Below, piece by piece: positions 40,601-54,626 of a stretch of 64,000 nt of DNA; positions within the stretch are counted from its first letter, which is position 1; the number at the start of each line of letters is the position of its first letter. The notes below the pieces were generated by a model that had not been told where the DNA came from, ran no database searches, and saw only the letters and a program-made list of their open reading frames with translations. Source of the DNA: Trichoplax sp. H2 (lineage: Eukaryota); the NCBI GenBank assembly GCA_003344405.1, contig NOWV01000142.1:1-64000 (forward strand), written 5' to 3'. The position numbers and the translations under genes were made by a program.

Positions 40601-43515
40601 ATCACAAGCATCAATATAACACATTATATTATCTCCTTCCATAACCTAACTACGGGCAACTAAAAGAAAATCTACTAGGTTTTCTTCTAATGGTACGTGA
40701 CCTAGCTCAAATAACTACATTATAATGTGCAACAGCATATTATGTCATTAAAAGAGGTAAGTATAATGTAATCCAATGACGGTAAAATAAAACACAAAGG
40801 TACTGACTATGATCATGACTTAAATTATCACGGTAAGTGATGATTAATCCATTCATTTACTTTTAAATAATTGGTATTGGATACAAGCGATGTTGCTCCA
40901 ACTTTGTACAAAGATAATATTGTAAATTATATCAGAATAAAGAGAAATAACAATTGAAAATGTAAATATCACGCGCTATTCGAATTTCCCATCTGCCCAA
41001 TATTAATTATAAGTACTGCATGACATAAGCATATGGTGTCATGTCGTTAGAGAAAATGAATTTCTATATAAAGTAATTGATTTGATTGAATACAGATTCG
41101 ATGGATGCAATTACAGTTATTGAGGAAACAAGGTCTGCGATTGACAAGCAATCTAAAACAAAATGATTTACGTGATGACCATGTTTTAGGAAAAGCTATC
41201 ACCCAACAACCAATCCTTGTAATGTGATTACTGTCGTAGCATAGATAAACAGATTCATTAATTATACAGTCATTGAAAGGTGTTAGATGCAATAACACCA
41301 AAAAATTGCTCTTGCACGATTTACAGTCAGCAATCTTACGCAAGAATGTGCCATACACTTAAGTCTAAACTTTTAAAGTACGAATGTCGCGCATATACCA
41401 TGCAAATACCGTTAAAAGCTATTCGTAGAGAATCTTATTTTGCGATCGTTAAAATGAGACTGCAACTGCTTTGATTCCATCAAGTCACCTACCCCTTGCG
41501 ATAGGTCCTCAAATTAAATGGTTACTATAGTATTTTTTATATGACTACTCATTCAAAACCCACGTTTAAAAGAAAAAGAAATGATTGCTGCAACAAAATT
41601 ATATCTATAGTTCTTTAACAGGGATGATGATGATCCAGTTAATTTTTCATATTCTTGTTCGTTTAATAGCAAGCACCTTGCGTTTACAAATTTTAGCGAT
41701 GCTAACCAGCAATACACGCATACTTTACGTCATAGATGCCAACTTTTTAGTACACAAACCCCAAATTTATAAATGATTTTAGAATCTTAACTATATAAAG
41801 AAGTTAAACAGCAAGAGCGCAAAGAATACAGAGAACGGGATTTTTATTGGGTTCATCTACTGTTCGATAGGGTGCAGTACTGAATCTCTATTTCCGTAGA
41901 CGTAAAGTCGGATAGTCAGACTTTAACATGGGCAGGGGTGATGACCAACCGTTCAGGTTTCAAATTTACTGTACGTATAAAAGTAAGCAGTCATGAGATT
42001 TTGCTGCAAAAGTAAATCTCTATTGCCGAATTATATAATTATCGGAATCCACGTAGCGCAATAGTACGATTAATAGTATGTAAATCAAAGAGTTACTGCC
42101 ATCTATGGCAATGTATCGTAACTGGTTAATAATTCAGTTCCAATATACCTATACGGAATTAATTAATTACCCAGTAGATCTTTAACAATTTTACTAGGCG
42201 ATCTCATTTTGATAGGCCTAAACTCCTTCATAGCACATCTCAAACCGCGATAACAATTATTTACTATTAGCGTGTAACTTAGTGAATTACTAGGATATGC
42301 TACCAGTAAAACTAATAAAACTAAGACTACTTCCATAAAAATAATTGATTAGACCCAAAAATTATTGAATTGGGCGACGGAAGACGAAATTGAACAATCA
42401 CTGTCACCCATTTACAATTAAATAAATAAATATATTATACTTGAATTACAGTTATATTGTATGAATAGGACTGTATAAACCTCAGCAAACAAGTTTAATT
42501 TTGGATGTCGAAAGTTATGCTTTAGTGTACAAGTTCTTTAGCAATTAAAGCAGTTCGCTTGACTATGAATGATCGTAAAATCCTGCAAACTCGGCATTGG
42601 CGAATAAGCAAAAACTTTCGGCCCGTCTTTGTGGAATATTGTTTTACAGTACTGTACTAGTATGAGGATTAGGGGTCGGTACGATACATTTACAAATCCG
42701 CCTAATACAGTATATGCTCAACATACGTCAATCGTTAGCTTTACTCATGTAATTCAAGTCGTAGACACGCTAAATCATGGATGACGACCATCTTGTTATA
42801 AAGAAAAATTATCCATGAACTATATAGTACAGTACTTGGCTATAGTGATAGGCTTTATTATTAGGTATACACGTTGATTCTATTCTTGGATCGCAATATG
42901 TGGTGGTAAAACGGTATCAGAATCGATCAACGATACTGACAGTGTCAATTTTTATAAACGCTAATTCATTATCTCTTGTAAGAACTATTGAAGATTTTGA
43001 TTGAGCAATGTACTGTGCATTATGTTGGGTAGTCAATGCATGATAGAATTATGGCATGAAATGACCAAGGATTACTTTGTGTTTATTTAGTAGCAAAACT
43101 GATCGTAGTAATCTACCAGTGAACTAGATCGATGTGTTTGATCCATAAATGCAGCAAAAGCCCTACAATAACTTTTTAGGTTACGCCTTCACTAAATCGT
43201 AAGCAATCACTATAGCGTCAATGATAGCATCAACGAGGGCATATGAAATTAATGTCAAAAGATGTTGAGTTTTTGACCGACGGTGATGGAAAAATTGATA
43301 TCAACACCAATCAGTAGAATTAAGAGACTTACTTTGATAGAATCGTAACAGGCAGTTACGAAGCCATTGTCGATTTGAATATTGTTACCAGGATGTGCGT
43401 ACCTGCATTCACCTTCATCTCGTGCACATTTGCTACGTAAAAATTCTCGACAAACTTCCACTTGTAGCCAGCTTGTATCTTTGCCAGTTGTAATATTGGG
43501 ATGAGTCATTTGCAT
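37665..43515 (-). CDS. mbl: Muscleblind/MBNL-family CCCH zinc-finger splicing regulator with four fingers (two tandem pairs)
   Basis: Exons: 43515-43333 ([27 protein letters not shown]...ACYDSIK), 40294-40109 ([14 protein letters not shown] + polyQ), 39872-39738 (...DRME), 39642-39343 ([23 protein letters not shown]...[20 protein letters not shown]), 38760-38722, 38162-38015, 37863-37769. Fingers have the C-x7-C-x6-C-x3-H / C-x7-C-x4-C-x3-H spacing typical of MBNL. The final exon is uncertain: read-through to a stop at 37751, or a spliced exon 37694-37665. Confidence 0.9.
38722..38760 (-). CDS. mbl: 39-nt phase 0-0 muscleblind exon encoding [13 protein letters not shown] (first half of a putative bipartite NLS); likely cassette exon
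   Basis: Acceptor TAATTAG| at 38761, donor ACG|GTACAC at 38721; in frame with both neighbouring exons; KRKLE resembles KRPLE of vertebrate MBNL1 exon 5. Confidence 0.75.
38776..38807 (-). promoter_or_regulatory. YGCY cluster (putative MBNL-binding intronic splicing element) overlapping a candidate branch point of the 39-nt exon
   Basis: Minus strand reads ATGCTATGCCACTGCTGCTGCCTAACGCTTGCTA: 7 YGCY in 32 nt, with a CTAAC branch-point consensus inside. Confidence 0.65.
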
Positions 43516-44694
43516 GATTGTTGTTCAAAATGGATCAACACTATCAACATGCAGAGGATAATGAATCTTAATAGTAAGAGAGAGCAGCGATGATTGTATT
43601 TACCGAATCAAGCTTATGCGTACGTAGTTGCTAGAGTGGTCGACAAGAGCGTTGAAATGGAAAAGAATAATCAAAAAATGTTATTCACCTTAAGGTTAAG
43701 AATCAATGTTGGGAATCGGCGATAATACAGTAGAAGGGGGAAAAAAAGAAAGGGGGAGCAAATCAGCAATAGCGTCTGTTACAGCGCAATTTTTGAAGAA
43801 AAGGGAATAGAATATTGAAAATTGTAATTTAGCTGGGTTGTATATCGCTTGACTACAACATCAAGTCAATGGAAGCTGTATTGGATCTTTCAATATATTA
43901 ATAGTATATTGTCCAAATGAGAAGACAATAACCAAATTGAAATTAGTTTAATTGAATATTGCTTCGTTGCGGGAGGGGTGCAAATTGGAATACGGTTAAA
44001 TAATCCTGGTCATACAACAATAGTATCAAGAGGGTAAAAGGACCAGCTGGCTTACAAGATATCCTTGCCGTATTGACGAAAAGGATGCAATACCAAATTG
44101 CCCAAAAAAGCAATGTCTACAATAAGCAATGACCTTAATTAAACAAGCAAAAGAAGCACAATTTGATACTATAGCATCGCAGTTGAATTTCAAAGTAAGG
44201 ACTAGCCAGTGTGCTTGGCAAAGCAACAAGTCGTTCAATTCACCAACAAACAGTATAGTCCAAAGTCAAAAGAAAGAAAAAAAATGCACTTTGCTTGAGT
44301 GAAAATGGTCAAAGTAAAATCAACCGCCAAGTACAAATAGTGTACTACAATCTGTCAACAAAGTAAAAATAAATCAAGTCAAATGGATAATTTCCAAGGA
44401 CTAAAGTCAAGTGGACCATTCGTCAAAGAAAAATGAGTGAAAAAATGCCAATTAAAAATGTTGCTCTTTTCGTCTTTGGCGATATTCCCTTTTCTTAGCA
44501 ATGCGGCGAAAAGCAGCAGCAGCGGAATTGGGACAGTGATAGTGTGAACGCGTGCGTGTGCAGCCTACATAAGGTATTGTAACGATTAGACGGCAGACGG
44601 CCAATACCGTAATTTAAGTAGATTTTCACCTGGCCAACATGACCGTGACTACATGGGTACAGTACCGACGGCACACGTACAACACTACAACGGT

Positions 44695-46347
44695 GTGTTG
44701 CAGTGACGTCAAGTTAGCATACTGTCGTACAATGGCGTTGGTGGTCCAATCATCCGCTAGCCCATCCGACGTCGACTCGATCCAGTCTCAGGTCGACTGA
44801 CAGGTAGAGACGGACGTTTCTCATGTTGTCACAGATCGATAGCACACACAGCCCCACCCTCACAGTCGGTTAATCTAGACATGGCAGAGCAAAGCTAGCT
44901 GCTACGCTTTCCTCTCCTAGTACTGAGCTTTTCACGTTCTGGTCTAGTTCGTTATTTATTGATGATTATGCGGGATAGAAAACATTTTAGTATTCAGGAT
45001 TCTCCATCTGATTTTCGCGCTTACTGGTCTAGTTAGTTATTTATTGATGATTATGCGGGATAGAAAATATTTTAGTATTCATAATTCTCCATCGTCGTTG
45101 CTACCATGCAATCACATCTTGCTCTTGTACCTCGAGAGACAAAGCTTAGCGGCTGCTAGCTGCTACGCTTTCCTCTCCTCATAAGTAACCGCTTCTAGTA
45201 CTGAGCTTTTCGCATACTCCTCTNNNNNNNNNNNNNNNNNNNNGTGTTGCAGTGACGTCAAGTTAGCATACTGTCGTCCAAGGGCGTTGGTGGTCCAATC
45301 ATCCGCTAGCCCATCCGACGTCGACTCGATCCAGTCTCAGGTCGACTGACAGGTAGAGACGGACGTTTCTCATGGTGTCACAGATCGATAGCACACTCAG
45401 TCCCACCCTCACGGTCGGTTAATCAAGACATGGCAGAGCAAAGCGTAGCAGGTTAGCGGCAGCTAGCTGCTACGCTTTCCTCTGCTAGTACTGAGCTTTT
45501 CGCATACTCCTCTGGTTATTTATTGATTGATGATTATGCGGGATAGAAAACATTTTAGTATTCATAATTCTCCATCGTCGTTGCTACCATGCAATCACAT
45601 CTTGCTCTTGTACCTCGAGAGACAAAGCCTAGCGGCTGCTACCTTCTACGCTAGTACTGAGCTTTTCGCATACTCCTCTGGTTATTTATTGATTGATGAT
45701 TATGCGGGATAGAAAACATTTTAGTATTCATAATTCTCCATCGTCGTTGCTACCATGCAATCACATCTTGCTCTTGTACCTCGAGAGACAAAGCCTAGCG
45801 GCTGCTAGCTGCTACGCTTTCCTCTCCTAGTACTGAGCTTTTCGCGTTCTGGTCTAGTTAGTTATTTATTGATGATTCTGCGAGATAGAAAACATTTTAG
45901 TATTCATAATTCTCCATCGTCGTTGCTACCATGCAATCAAATCTTGCTCTTGTACCTCGAGAGACAAAGCTTAGCGGCTGCTAGCTGCTACGCTTTCCTC
46001 TCCTCATAAGTAACCGCTTCTAGTACTGAGCTTTTCGCATACTCCTCTGGTTGTTTATTTATTGATGATTATGCAGGATAGAAAACATTTTAGTATTCAT
46101 AATTCTCCATCATCGTTGCTACCATGCAATCACATCTTGCTATTGTACCTCGAGAGACAAAGCCTAGCGGCTGCTAGCTGCTACGCTTTCCTCTCCTCAT
46201 AAGTAACCGCTGCTAGTACTGAGCTTTTCGCATACTCCTCTGGTTAGTTATTTATTGATGATTCTGCGGGATAGAAAACATTCTAGTATTCATAATTCTC
46301 CATCATCGTTGCTACCATGCAATCACATCTTGCTCTTGTACTTCGAG
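44695..46347. repeat. Near-identical tandem array (~165-195 bp unit, ~7 copies) plus a ~250-bp block duplicated across an assembly gap
   Basis: Unit TTATTTATTGATGATTATGCGGGATAGAAAACATTTTAGTATTCATAATTCTCCATCGTCGTTGCTACC...GAGCTTTTCGCATACTCCTCTGG starts near 44952, 45037, 45516, 45682, 45862, 46051 and 46247. Block GTGTTGCAGTGACGTCAAG... occurs at 44695 and 45244. Confidence 0.9.
45224..45243. other. Assembly gap (20 N)
   Basis: Run of N characters. Confidence 1.
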
Positions 46348-49300
46348 ATACGAGTAGATTTAGATTGCTCGAGGGTGCAGAGATATCCAACTCTATCATC
46401 GACTAGGAAAGACTGCCATCCTACGTCGAATCTACTGTATAAATGCAATCATAGACTCAAAATATCCCAAAGATAACAAACATTCCCCGACTAGGATGAA
46501 ATCAGGCATCATAAAATACTGCCCCTAAAATCACTTTCATCATAATTTGACATCCATTTTATCATTTCTCATCCATACTCGCATCAATTATATTTCATAA
46601 TTGTCAAATCATGAATAAGAAAGGCCATAATGGTGTTGGTATTTTCTCCTCATCGTAGCCAGCGCATCCATCCAAATGTATCCAAGCGTAGCCACATTGA
46701 ATGCTTATCCATGGATTATAATTAATTAATTTACCATGAAAATTGAAATAGTTAAAATGGAATATCAAGAAGGTATTATTGCATGGATGGAAGTTCACTG
46801 AAATATCACGTATATGACTCAAGATGGAACACAACAACCATCTCTATAAATACGCCTATTCAGAAGTTGACAGTAAAGCTTGCATGCCAACTTATGCATC
46901 ATTTGAATCATTTTATCACATGTTCATAGGAATAATTAAGTAATATATAAATAATAATCAATTGGCCAAATCTATATTATACCATCGTACATCATGTTTG
47001 CACAGCAATCAAAATAAAGGAATCTAGCAACGAATCAATATTTTTCATAATCGGTATGATAAATCCTTTTCAATTTTCTTGGATCGAGTACAATATGGTC
47101 TCAGCAGTTCTCAATTTTCCTCCTATGGACAATTGGTGATAATTTACTGTTCGTTCTAGTAAAGACAATCATAAAGTTTGCAACATACACATTTCCGGTA
47201 GAAATTGCCAAACTATGTGAACTACATATCAAATTTTCCGCTTCTAAATTACTTTTATACCTTGTACCGTTGCATAGAAATGTACAATGTACTGATCATA
47301 GTACTTTGTACTTTGCACTTAACCACTTTTTACTCTTTCACTTGGCTATATTTTTAGAGTGATCATCAACGATCGTTATTCCAGTCATAAAATGACCATT
47401 CTAATAGTCTCTGATACAGGAAGAGTGGCTATCAAATTTCTCGAATTAATGATTAATACTGTATAATGCTAACAGATTAATGAATCAATCGTTATGATCC
47501 AATATTTGCACACAATAATATAGCCCAGTTGGCAAGGCGATCAGAAAAGCTAAATAGTCACGTACACGTTGTAGCCCTGTTGTACAGTTACAGTAAAGGT
47601 ACATTAATTTGTATAGGTATATTACATTGTACGTAGAGCAACATACGTTATTTAAATACGAACAGACAGTATTAGGAAGTAAAGTTTATTGTTCGCCTAA
47701 TATCCTATAATATATTTTAATCAATGCATTCATTTTAGATGCTTGAATTATTTACAGCTTATACTAACTCAGTGCCATATTAAAGTACAAGATGTACGTA
47801 GTACCCTTCAGGGCACTCTAGTAATCGCTTCCTAAATAGACTCCATTCAGGAATATTAAAGTGGTGTAATCGTTTCCTTAGTAGACTCCATTTAGGCACA
47901 CTAAACTGACATGATCACTTATAATACTTTGTGTATTCCGAGTACCCCGCTGATTAGAGATAAAAATCATCTATGCTTTGATACCAATTGTATATCTCCA
48001 CTAAAAGTCAAAAATTCAAACTGCGACGCAGCATGCCATAAAAGAACGATTACATCATGCGGTGCAAGTGCAACTAGGATATCCATTAGAGTAATGTAAG
48101 ACATTTTCGTACGTAGGCATAGCGCTAAGTATCAGCATCTAGCTGTATCGTAGGCAGCCCAAGAATCCATTTTCTCCACTATCACTATTTTTTGCCTCCG
48201 AAAATCAGTATGCAGTTTCAGTTATTGCACACTACGAGTATCACAGCCTTACCTGCTGATTATCTGGCCGAAGCACTCAATAAGAAAATTGTAACTCGAA
48301 CCTCAAATATTATGCCACCGATTACTATATTTAAGCTACTAATGATAATCCTGATATCAGATCAACTATAATCTTGTTACTCGTTGCACATATGGGTATT
48401 ATCGTTTAAATAATCATATCAAAATAGTATCCAACCAAGCAGAATAGGCAACTTGCAGACTGGATCTATATGAATCGTGCGGTGAACCAATAAGCAGACA
48501 AAATCAGACGACAACTCTTGTTGCGAGGGGGCTGGAAAAGACGGAAGGGAGTAGTATTTGAGTAGATATTCAGACAAATCAAGAATACTAATAATATTAG
48601 TCGTACTTTTCACTGTTTACCACCGTTATATAAGGAATACTATGACAGTACAATATTTACATTAAGATAAAATGATCACCTTTAGCGCGTAACTATAAAC
48701 TCCAATCTAAATTTCTTGTTATCGAGATTGATCAAAGTTTTTCTCAATTTTAAATTACTAAATTCCAAAATAGATTTATAATGTTACGACCTCCTTCTTC
48801 TCATATAACAGCATGTAATGGTAATATATTTACAATATTGTTTATAGTGGCTATACTATTCACGTTTAACTGATACGACAAATCACCAATTCATTCATCG
48901 ATTGCAACAAATACTATAGCCGATATCAAATTGACAAATTTCATTTCATTTGAGACTTATCAAGACAGAAAGTGGTAGTTGCCAATATCTGAAACTTAAA
49001 ATCTAAAATCTTATCACACACTTTAAATTAAGATATCACATGATCCTAATTAATATTACACAGTAATCCATCAATTAAACTAATTTTGAAAACTATTGTA
49101 TTGAAATAGTTGTCTTAGCTTTAGATTGTGAACTACTGTGTTAAGTAATCAATATAAATTCCGTAGCAATCTATTACCAAGTGATTCTAAATGAAGGATT
49201 GTCCTGGAGCATATCATCATCATCTATTCTTTTCGATTAATGCACTTAATCATTCCAAAAGAAAGATACGGTCACGTTTGTATTGAAATAATTCAAAAGT

Positions 49301-52300
49301 ATTAACTGTATTAACCCTAAATCATAGTTATCTTAGCTAAGGTGGATAAATTGGAGTTAGCATTATAAAATAAAATTCCATGAAACATAGCAAATCTGTC
49401 GTCCTCCTGTAAAGTTATTTTGACATGGATTAACAGATTGGATAGAGGAATATTTATCTTTACATAGTTACTGCGATATTGTGCAATGTGTACCATATGT
49501 TTAGTATTATCGAAATTGGTTCATACTTTATTATTATATGAATAAATACAAGCATACATAACATAGTAGAAGATTCAAGAAAGACCTACAAAAACAATTA
49601 TACAACCTAATTGCTATATCTGTAATCTTTACCAGATTCAAAAAGATCTTGCCGTTATAAAGTTACTTCTATGCTCCATTGATACGAATCAATTCGTATC
49701 CTAAGTCGGCAATAGCACATATACATTAGAGGAAATTATAGCCTTGTTAACACCACCTATATGGCTAGTTTTTTCATCAGAAAATTTGTTACTACTCTTA
49801 TCTGCCTCTATCGTAATATTACTAATAGTTTTCATTCTCTGCAAAGGTAGAAACTAGGGTGATCATGCCTGTTTGTTTAACACTTTATTTCATGATTTCA
49901 TTTAAATTTCAGTTTACTTCAGTATTTTGCCACGATTATTGAGGTAATTTAAAGTTATTTTACCGTATTATCATTTAAGCTAACTGTAATAGCGATTACC
50001 GCTAACGATTGATGATACTGTACTGTATGATAGCTTTTATTAATTTTTAAAATATTGCATAACAAGCATTAGCAAATACAATTTATGTTGAGAAGGTCAA
50101 TATCAACTCTAATGAATTGGCATTAACATTCTATTATTCCCCCGTGGAAACAGATTCGGCGATTAATTGTAGTAACAGCTGTCACATCGGAATAACCTGT
50201 ATAGGATCAACCGGTGTCATCAAAATTTTATTAATTAAACTGAAATATAACTTTACTCTACATATCTCAATGTCATATTGCATGTTTGCAGAAGTAGCAG
50301 GTTTACGAGTACAAGTGCAAGGAAAAGCAGATTTCATAATGCTTAAAATAATCCAATATTATTCTAATTCGAGTTTGTAGATATATCTGCCCCAGATTTA
50401 GTAACACTAATAAAAATCACTTACTGGATACGATCCAAATGATACGTTATGTGTCAATTTTTGTAATAAGCACTGCTCCATGATCTAGTTCATTTAATCG
50501 TATTTACTTACCAAAGATGTAGTGGGCTGATACCATATTGTGCCTAATTATTAAAATATTAACAGGTGGCTTACGGCATGTAATAACTTTATAGATCCTA
50601 TATGATGAAATTAGGCAGACTTTATTGGAATACACCAATACGCTACCATCCTGCTTGTCTTCATGACTGGATAATCGCTGTATTGCAAATGTTTCTTAGA
50701 GCAAATATGAATCAGATTCAATATCAACAATAATAACGAGATATGGATGCATGTATCATACCATCATATGGTAGATACTTTCAAGTTCAATATTGCAATC
50801 AAACCGATAACTTTAATTCACTACTTTAGGCTTTAAAATTTCGACTGTAAAATTTATACTGGTTGCTAAAAATAGATCTATTACTATAGTCATACATAAT
50901 CTGATTTATTATTTAATATAAAATCGCGTATTTAACCTACGCTTCGAGATAATCTCTTTCTAATTTATACTAAAATAGATAGATTTGTAGCCCTGAATAG
51001 TCTACAAGTGACGACATTATAGCATTATATTGGATTAGCGTGATTTAATTCTACCATCTGTGTAGTGAAATTAATTCAACAAAACTGTTCAAGGAATAAA
51101 CTAATTTTTAATCTTCAGTGTTCTGAACAACGTTATTAAAATCTATATCTTTCTATACTATATATGTAATTCATGTGTACTAGTTATAATATAAGTGATT
51201 GTAATACATATATCTATGTTACCTATAAATTTATATTGATGTACAATTAAAAAAAGTGTAGTGCTACCACTGTATTAAAGTACTGCTCTGTGGCTTAGCA
51301 TTACGTTATATAAATTAATATATCGCTGACGCATAACGTATATCATAAGACGAGTGTTCAATATACATTTGGAAATTTAATAGCAATTAGATTCTTAAAT
51401 TGGTTAGCAAAGTTGTTTTCCGAGTATCTCAAGCTGGAAGTGGCCACCATCTTGTACGCATATACGCGTATATCGTATAAGATGATAATATGATCAATGA
51501 TTACGTTATCACGTTGTATCACTAAAGTGGTTATCATTTTAATTGCGTTTATTCAGTGAATGTTAGTTGAAAATCAAATTTTCTTACATATAATTTCTAC
51601 GAATAATTTACCTTTAAAGCAAAAATTCCCGAAAAATAGATCGCTAAACATTAGAATTTTACTTTCCTGTACCATTTCATAGCACAGAATTATCATTATG
51701 TACGCGGTTAAAATTCATTTTCTTTAATGATTAAGATATTTGTGATTTGGTGTAGATTTTTGAAAGTGTACTGAATGCACTGAGTGACTTATTGCAGTAA
51801 TTAAAGAAGATTTACGACGTTGACTACGTGGATCACTAATACTAAGCGATAAGCAGATACCATTCCACCACAATTAAATTGTGACAGCTGTAACTGCATA
51901 TGACATCCAAGTAATACTGTAGCATAGAAATAGTTACATAAATTGCACAAGCCTTCACGATTAAAACCAGAATGTATCAGTCTCTCCTCAATTGAGCAAA
52001 TCTAATATGATTTATCTTCCCAACAAATATCAGAAAATAAAGGATTACTAGCCTAATTATTTTGAGGTTCGCTAGAATCACATTCCATCTCACACATAGT
52101 TCTATTATAATTATAAATAAGTTTTAAGTTTTATAGCGATCGTTCCCTTCGCAAATCAAGTGGCATTTCAGTAGAAATTAGCATGTTGTACCGTAACTTA
52201 ATTATTATAGTGACAAATAGTTATAGTATAGTCGTTGTTGACAATAAGGGGAAGTTAGTTCAGCCAAGGGACTGCGATATTTTAGTCGTACCTAGGGGTA

Positions 52301-54626
52301 TTTATTTAATCCTCTAAAAGTATATACATATGTACATTTCTCGTTCAAGGAATTAGCATTGAGATCTTAAGTCAGCTTAAACTCATTCATTCGAATTTGT
52401 GCAGCCTTTATCCACTTAAAAATGAATGATTAGTGATATAAAGGGAATTTGCTGCATATTATTGGCCAAAAGATGACTACAGATATTTATGTTAAAACGA
52501 TAAGGATCATGAATGTTCTTCGCTAACCGAATAAGTGCTATTAAGAAGAGCATGGACCATGGATAACTGTCGGTTAATTGTGGAAAAAGTAAGTCTGAGC
52601 GCTACTACTATTATAATTACGGTACAGGATATAACTGTAACCGCACTAGGATCATTGAAGAGCTTTTTGTATCAATCGTGTGTTTGAATTTCTATTTATT
52701 TAAGGATTACTGACGTTGTTTGTGCAATATTATAGATAAAAGATTTATAAAGATAGTGCTGTGGATTGATAGTCGCATAACCCAAACAATAGCCATTGCC
52801 ATATTAATTGACTGATAGACTGCATTCGTAAAACTTTGCAATTACAGTATTGACAATATCGTAAAATGATTACATTGGCTTACATTAACTATCGCATATG
52901 ACAAGCCTGTTTAAAGCAATGTCCGTGTTACAGCAGAACGATATCAGAAGTATATCGTACATACACCTAGCTAAAAATAAGGTAAAAATATCCAAATGTA
53001 TCCATAATTGTTACAGTTATAACTGTAAGTGTATAAAGTGGAATAGTACTATTACTGTAGCATATATATCATAATTTCCGATTAACAAAGTATAAATAAT
53101 AATAATTATTATTATATTAATGCGGAGGGTACGTTCATATTTGATAAAATCGGCCGAGATACAATATCATAATTCAGAAAAGTATACCACTTCATAGAAC
53201 AGATGTGAAATATGGATAGGTAAAATTAGAATAGAAACAGCTGGTTAAGTACAGTTGCATCGCCAGTAAAACTATTGGAATAACGAAATACTTTTACAAG
53301 CATAATACTATAATTGCCTATATATCATGCTACGGTTAAATATATATGTGTTAATACCTTTAACAATAAGATTGTTATTAAGGTCTCTTAATCAAGCTAA
53401 CTTCATGGCCAGCAACTCTTGGCCACTGAAAAATATTACGTCTAACAAAGTAGCACCTACAATCAAAGCCTTCAAATGCCTAGGTGTACACGCGTATGTC
53501 ATCGATAATTATGATATAATTTATAAAAAGCGTATACGGTGGACGAAAATATTCGTCAACAAGGTAAAATGATAGCGAAAGTAGAGTAGTCACGTTTCAA
53601 TATAACCATATGTAAGTAATACAATAAAGCGGATAAATTATTAGTAGACTACAATTGATTGACCTAATCATTATAAGATCATTACGTTATATACGCGTAA
53701 ATGCCATACCACGATATCTTTCATCATAATTAAAAGCAAAGCTAATATGCACCACGTTTAGTTAATTTACGCCGTACATACTTAAAAATACAGAGTAATC
53801 AGTATGGATTAATTGACATTAAAAAACACTTTACTTACTAAAAAGGCTTAGATAGATTTATACATACATGATAATAGCATCTGCATAACAAAAATAATAA
53901 CAATTTTATGAAAGGCATAGGAATCAGATAAATCACACTACTAAGAATGCGAAGACAGAAGCTAAATTCATGTTGCAAATTCGATAAAATAAATAATTAT
54001 AAATTGTTCACAACTCCTTCAAGTCGATGACGATTTAGATCTCGTGACATTTGATATATATAGGAAAATTTTGCCGGATAAAAAATTGAATATTAAAATG
54101 TTATTACCTTTTGTTACCGCTGTTAAATGAAATGCACAATCAATAGAGATTAATATGCGAATAGTATCGATTAGCCATATAAGTTGATTATCCAGGAAAA
54201 TACTCGAATATCATTCATTCCAGATAAAGCATTATAAGTTAGTGAAAAGATATACGCAAATACACGAAGCACTAACCAATATATTATGCTATTTAGAAAG
54301 AGGACCTATGAATAAAAATGTATTAACCGTATTAACGCCAAAATGTAAATCAAAATAATGTCCATAGAAGACTAAATACGCCATTGTGTATTTCAAAGAA
54401 ACAACTCCAAAGAGACAAAATCTCAAGTTTCCGATTATATACCAGCGAAATACAACCAAAGCTAAAATGAAATGATTTGTAGATATTTGCGACTAATACG
54501 GAACTTTCATCAGTAATAAGTCATAGCTATCAATTAATGTTGTAAATTTGCCAGATTGCCATAACCAAAACCTTAACTAAGGATTGTCCTTTAATATTCC
54601 CTATCAGGTAATCAGTCCGTAATTTA

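Noticed and set aside
44695-46347. CRISPR-like regular repeats and ORFs 45527-45712 and 46255-46476
   Set aside because: Units are contiguous without unique spacers, there are no cas genes, the context is eukaryotic, and the ORFs are repeat translations.
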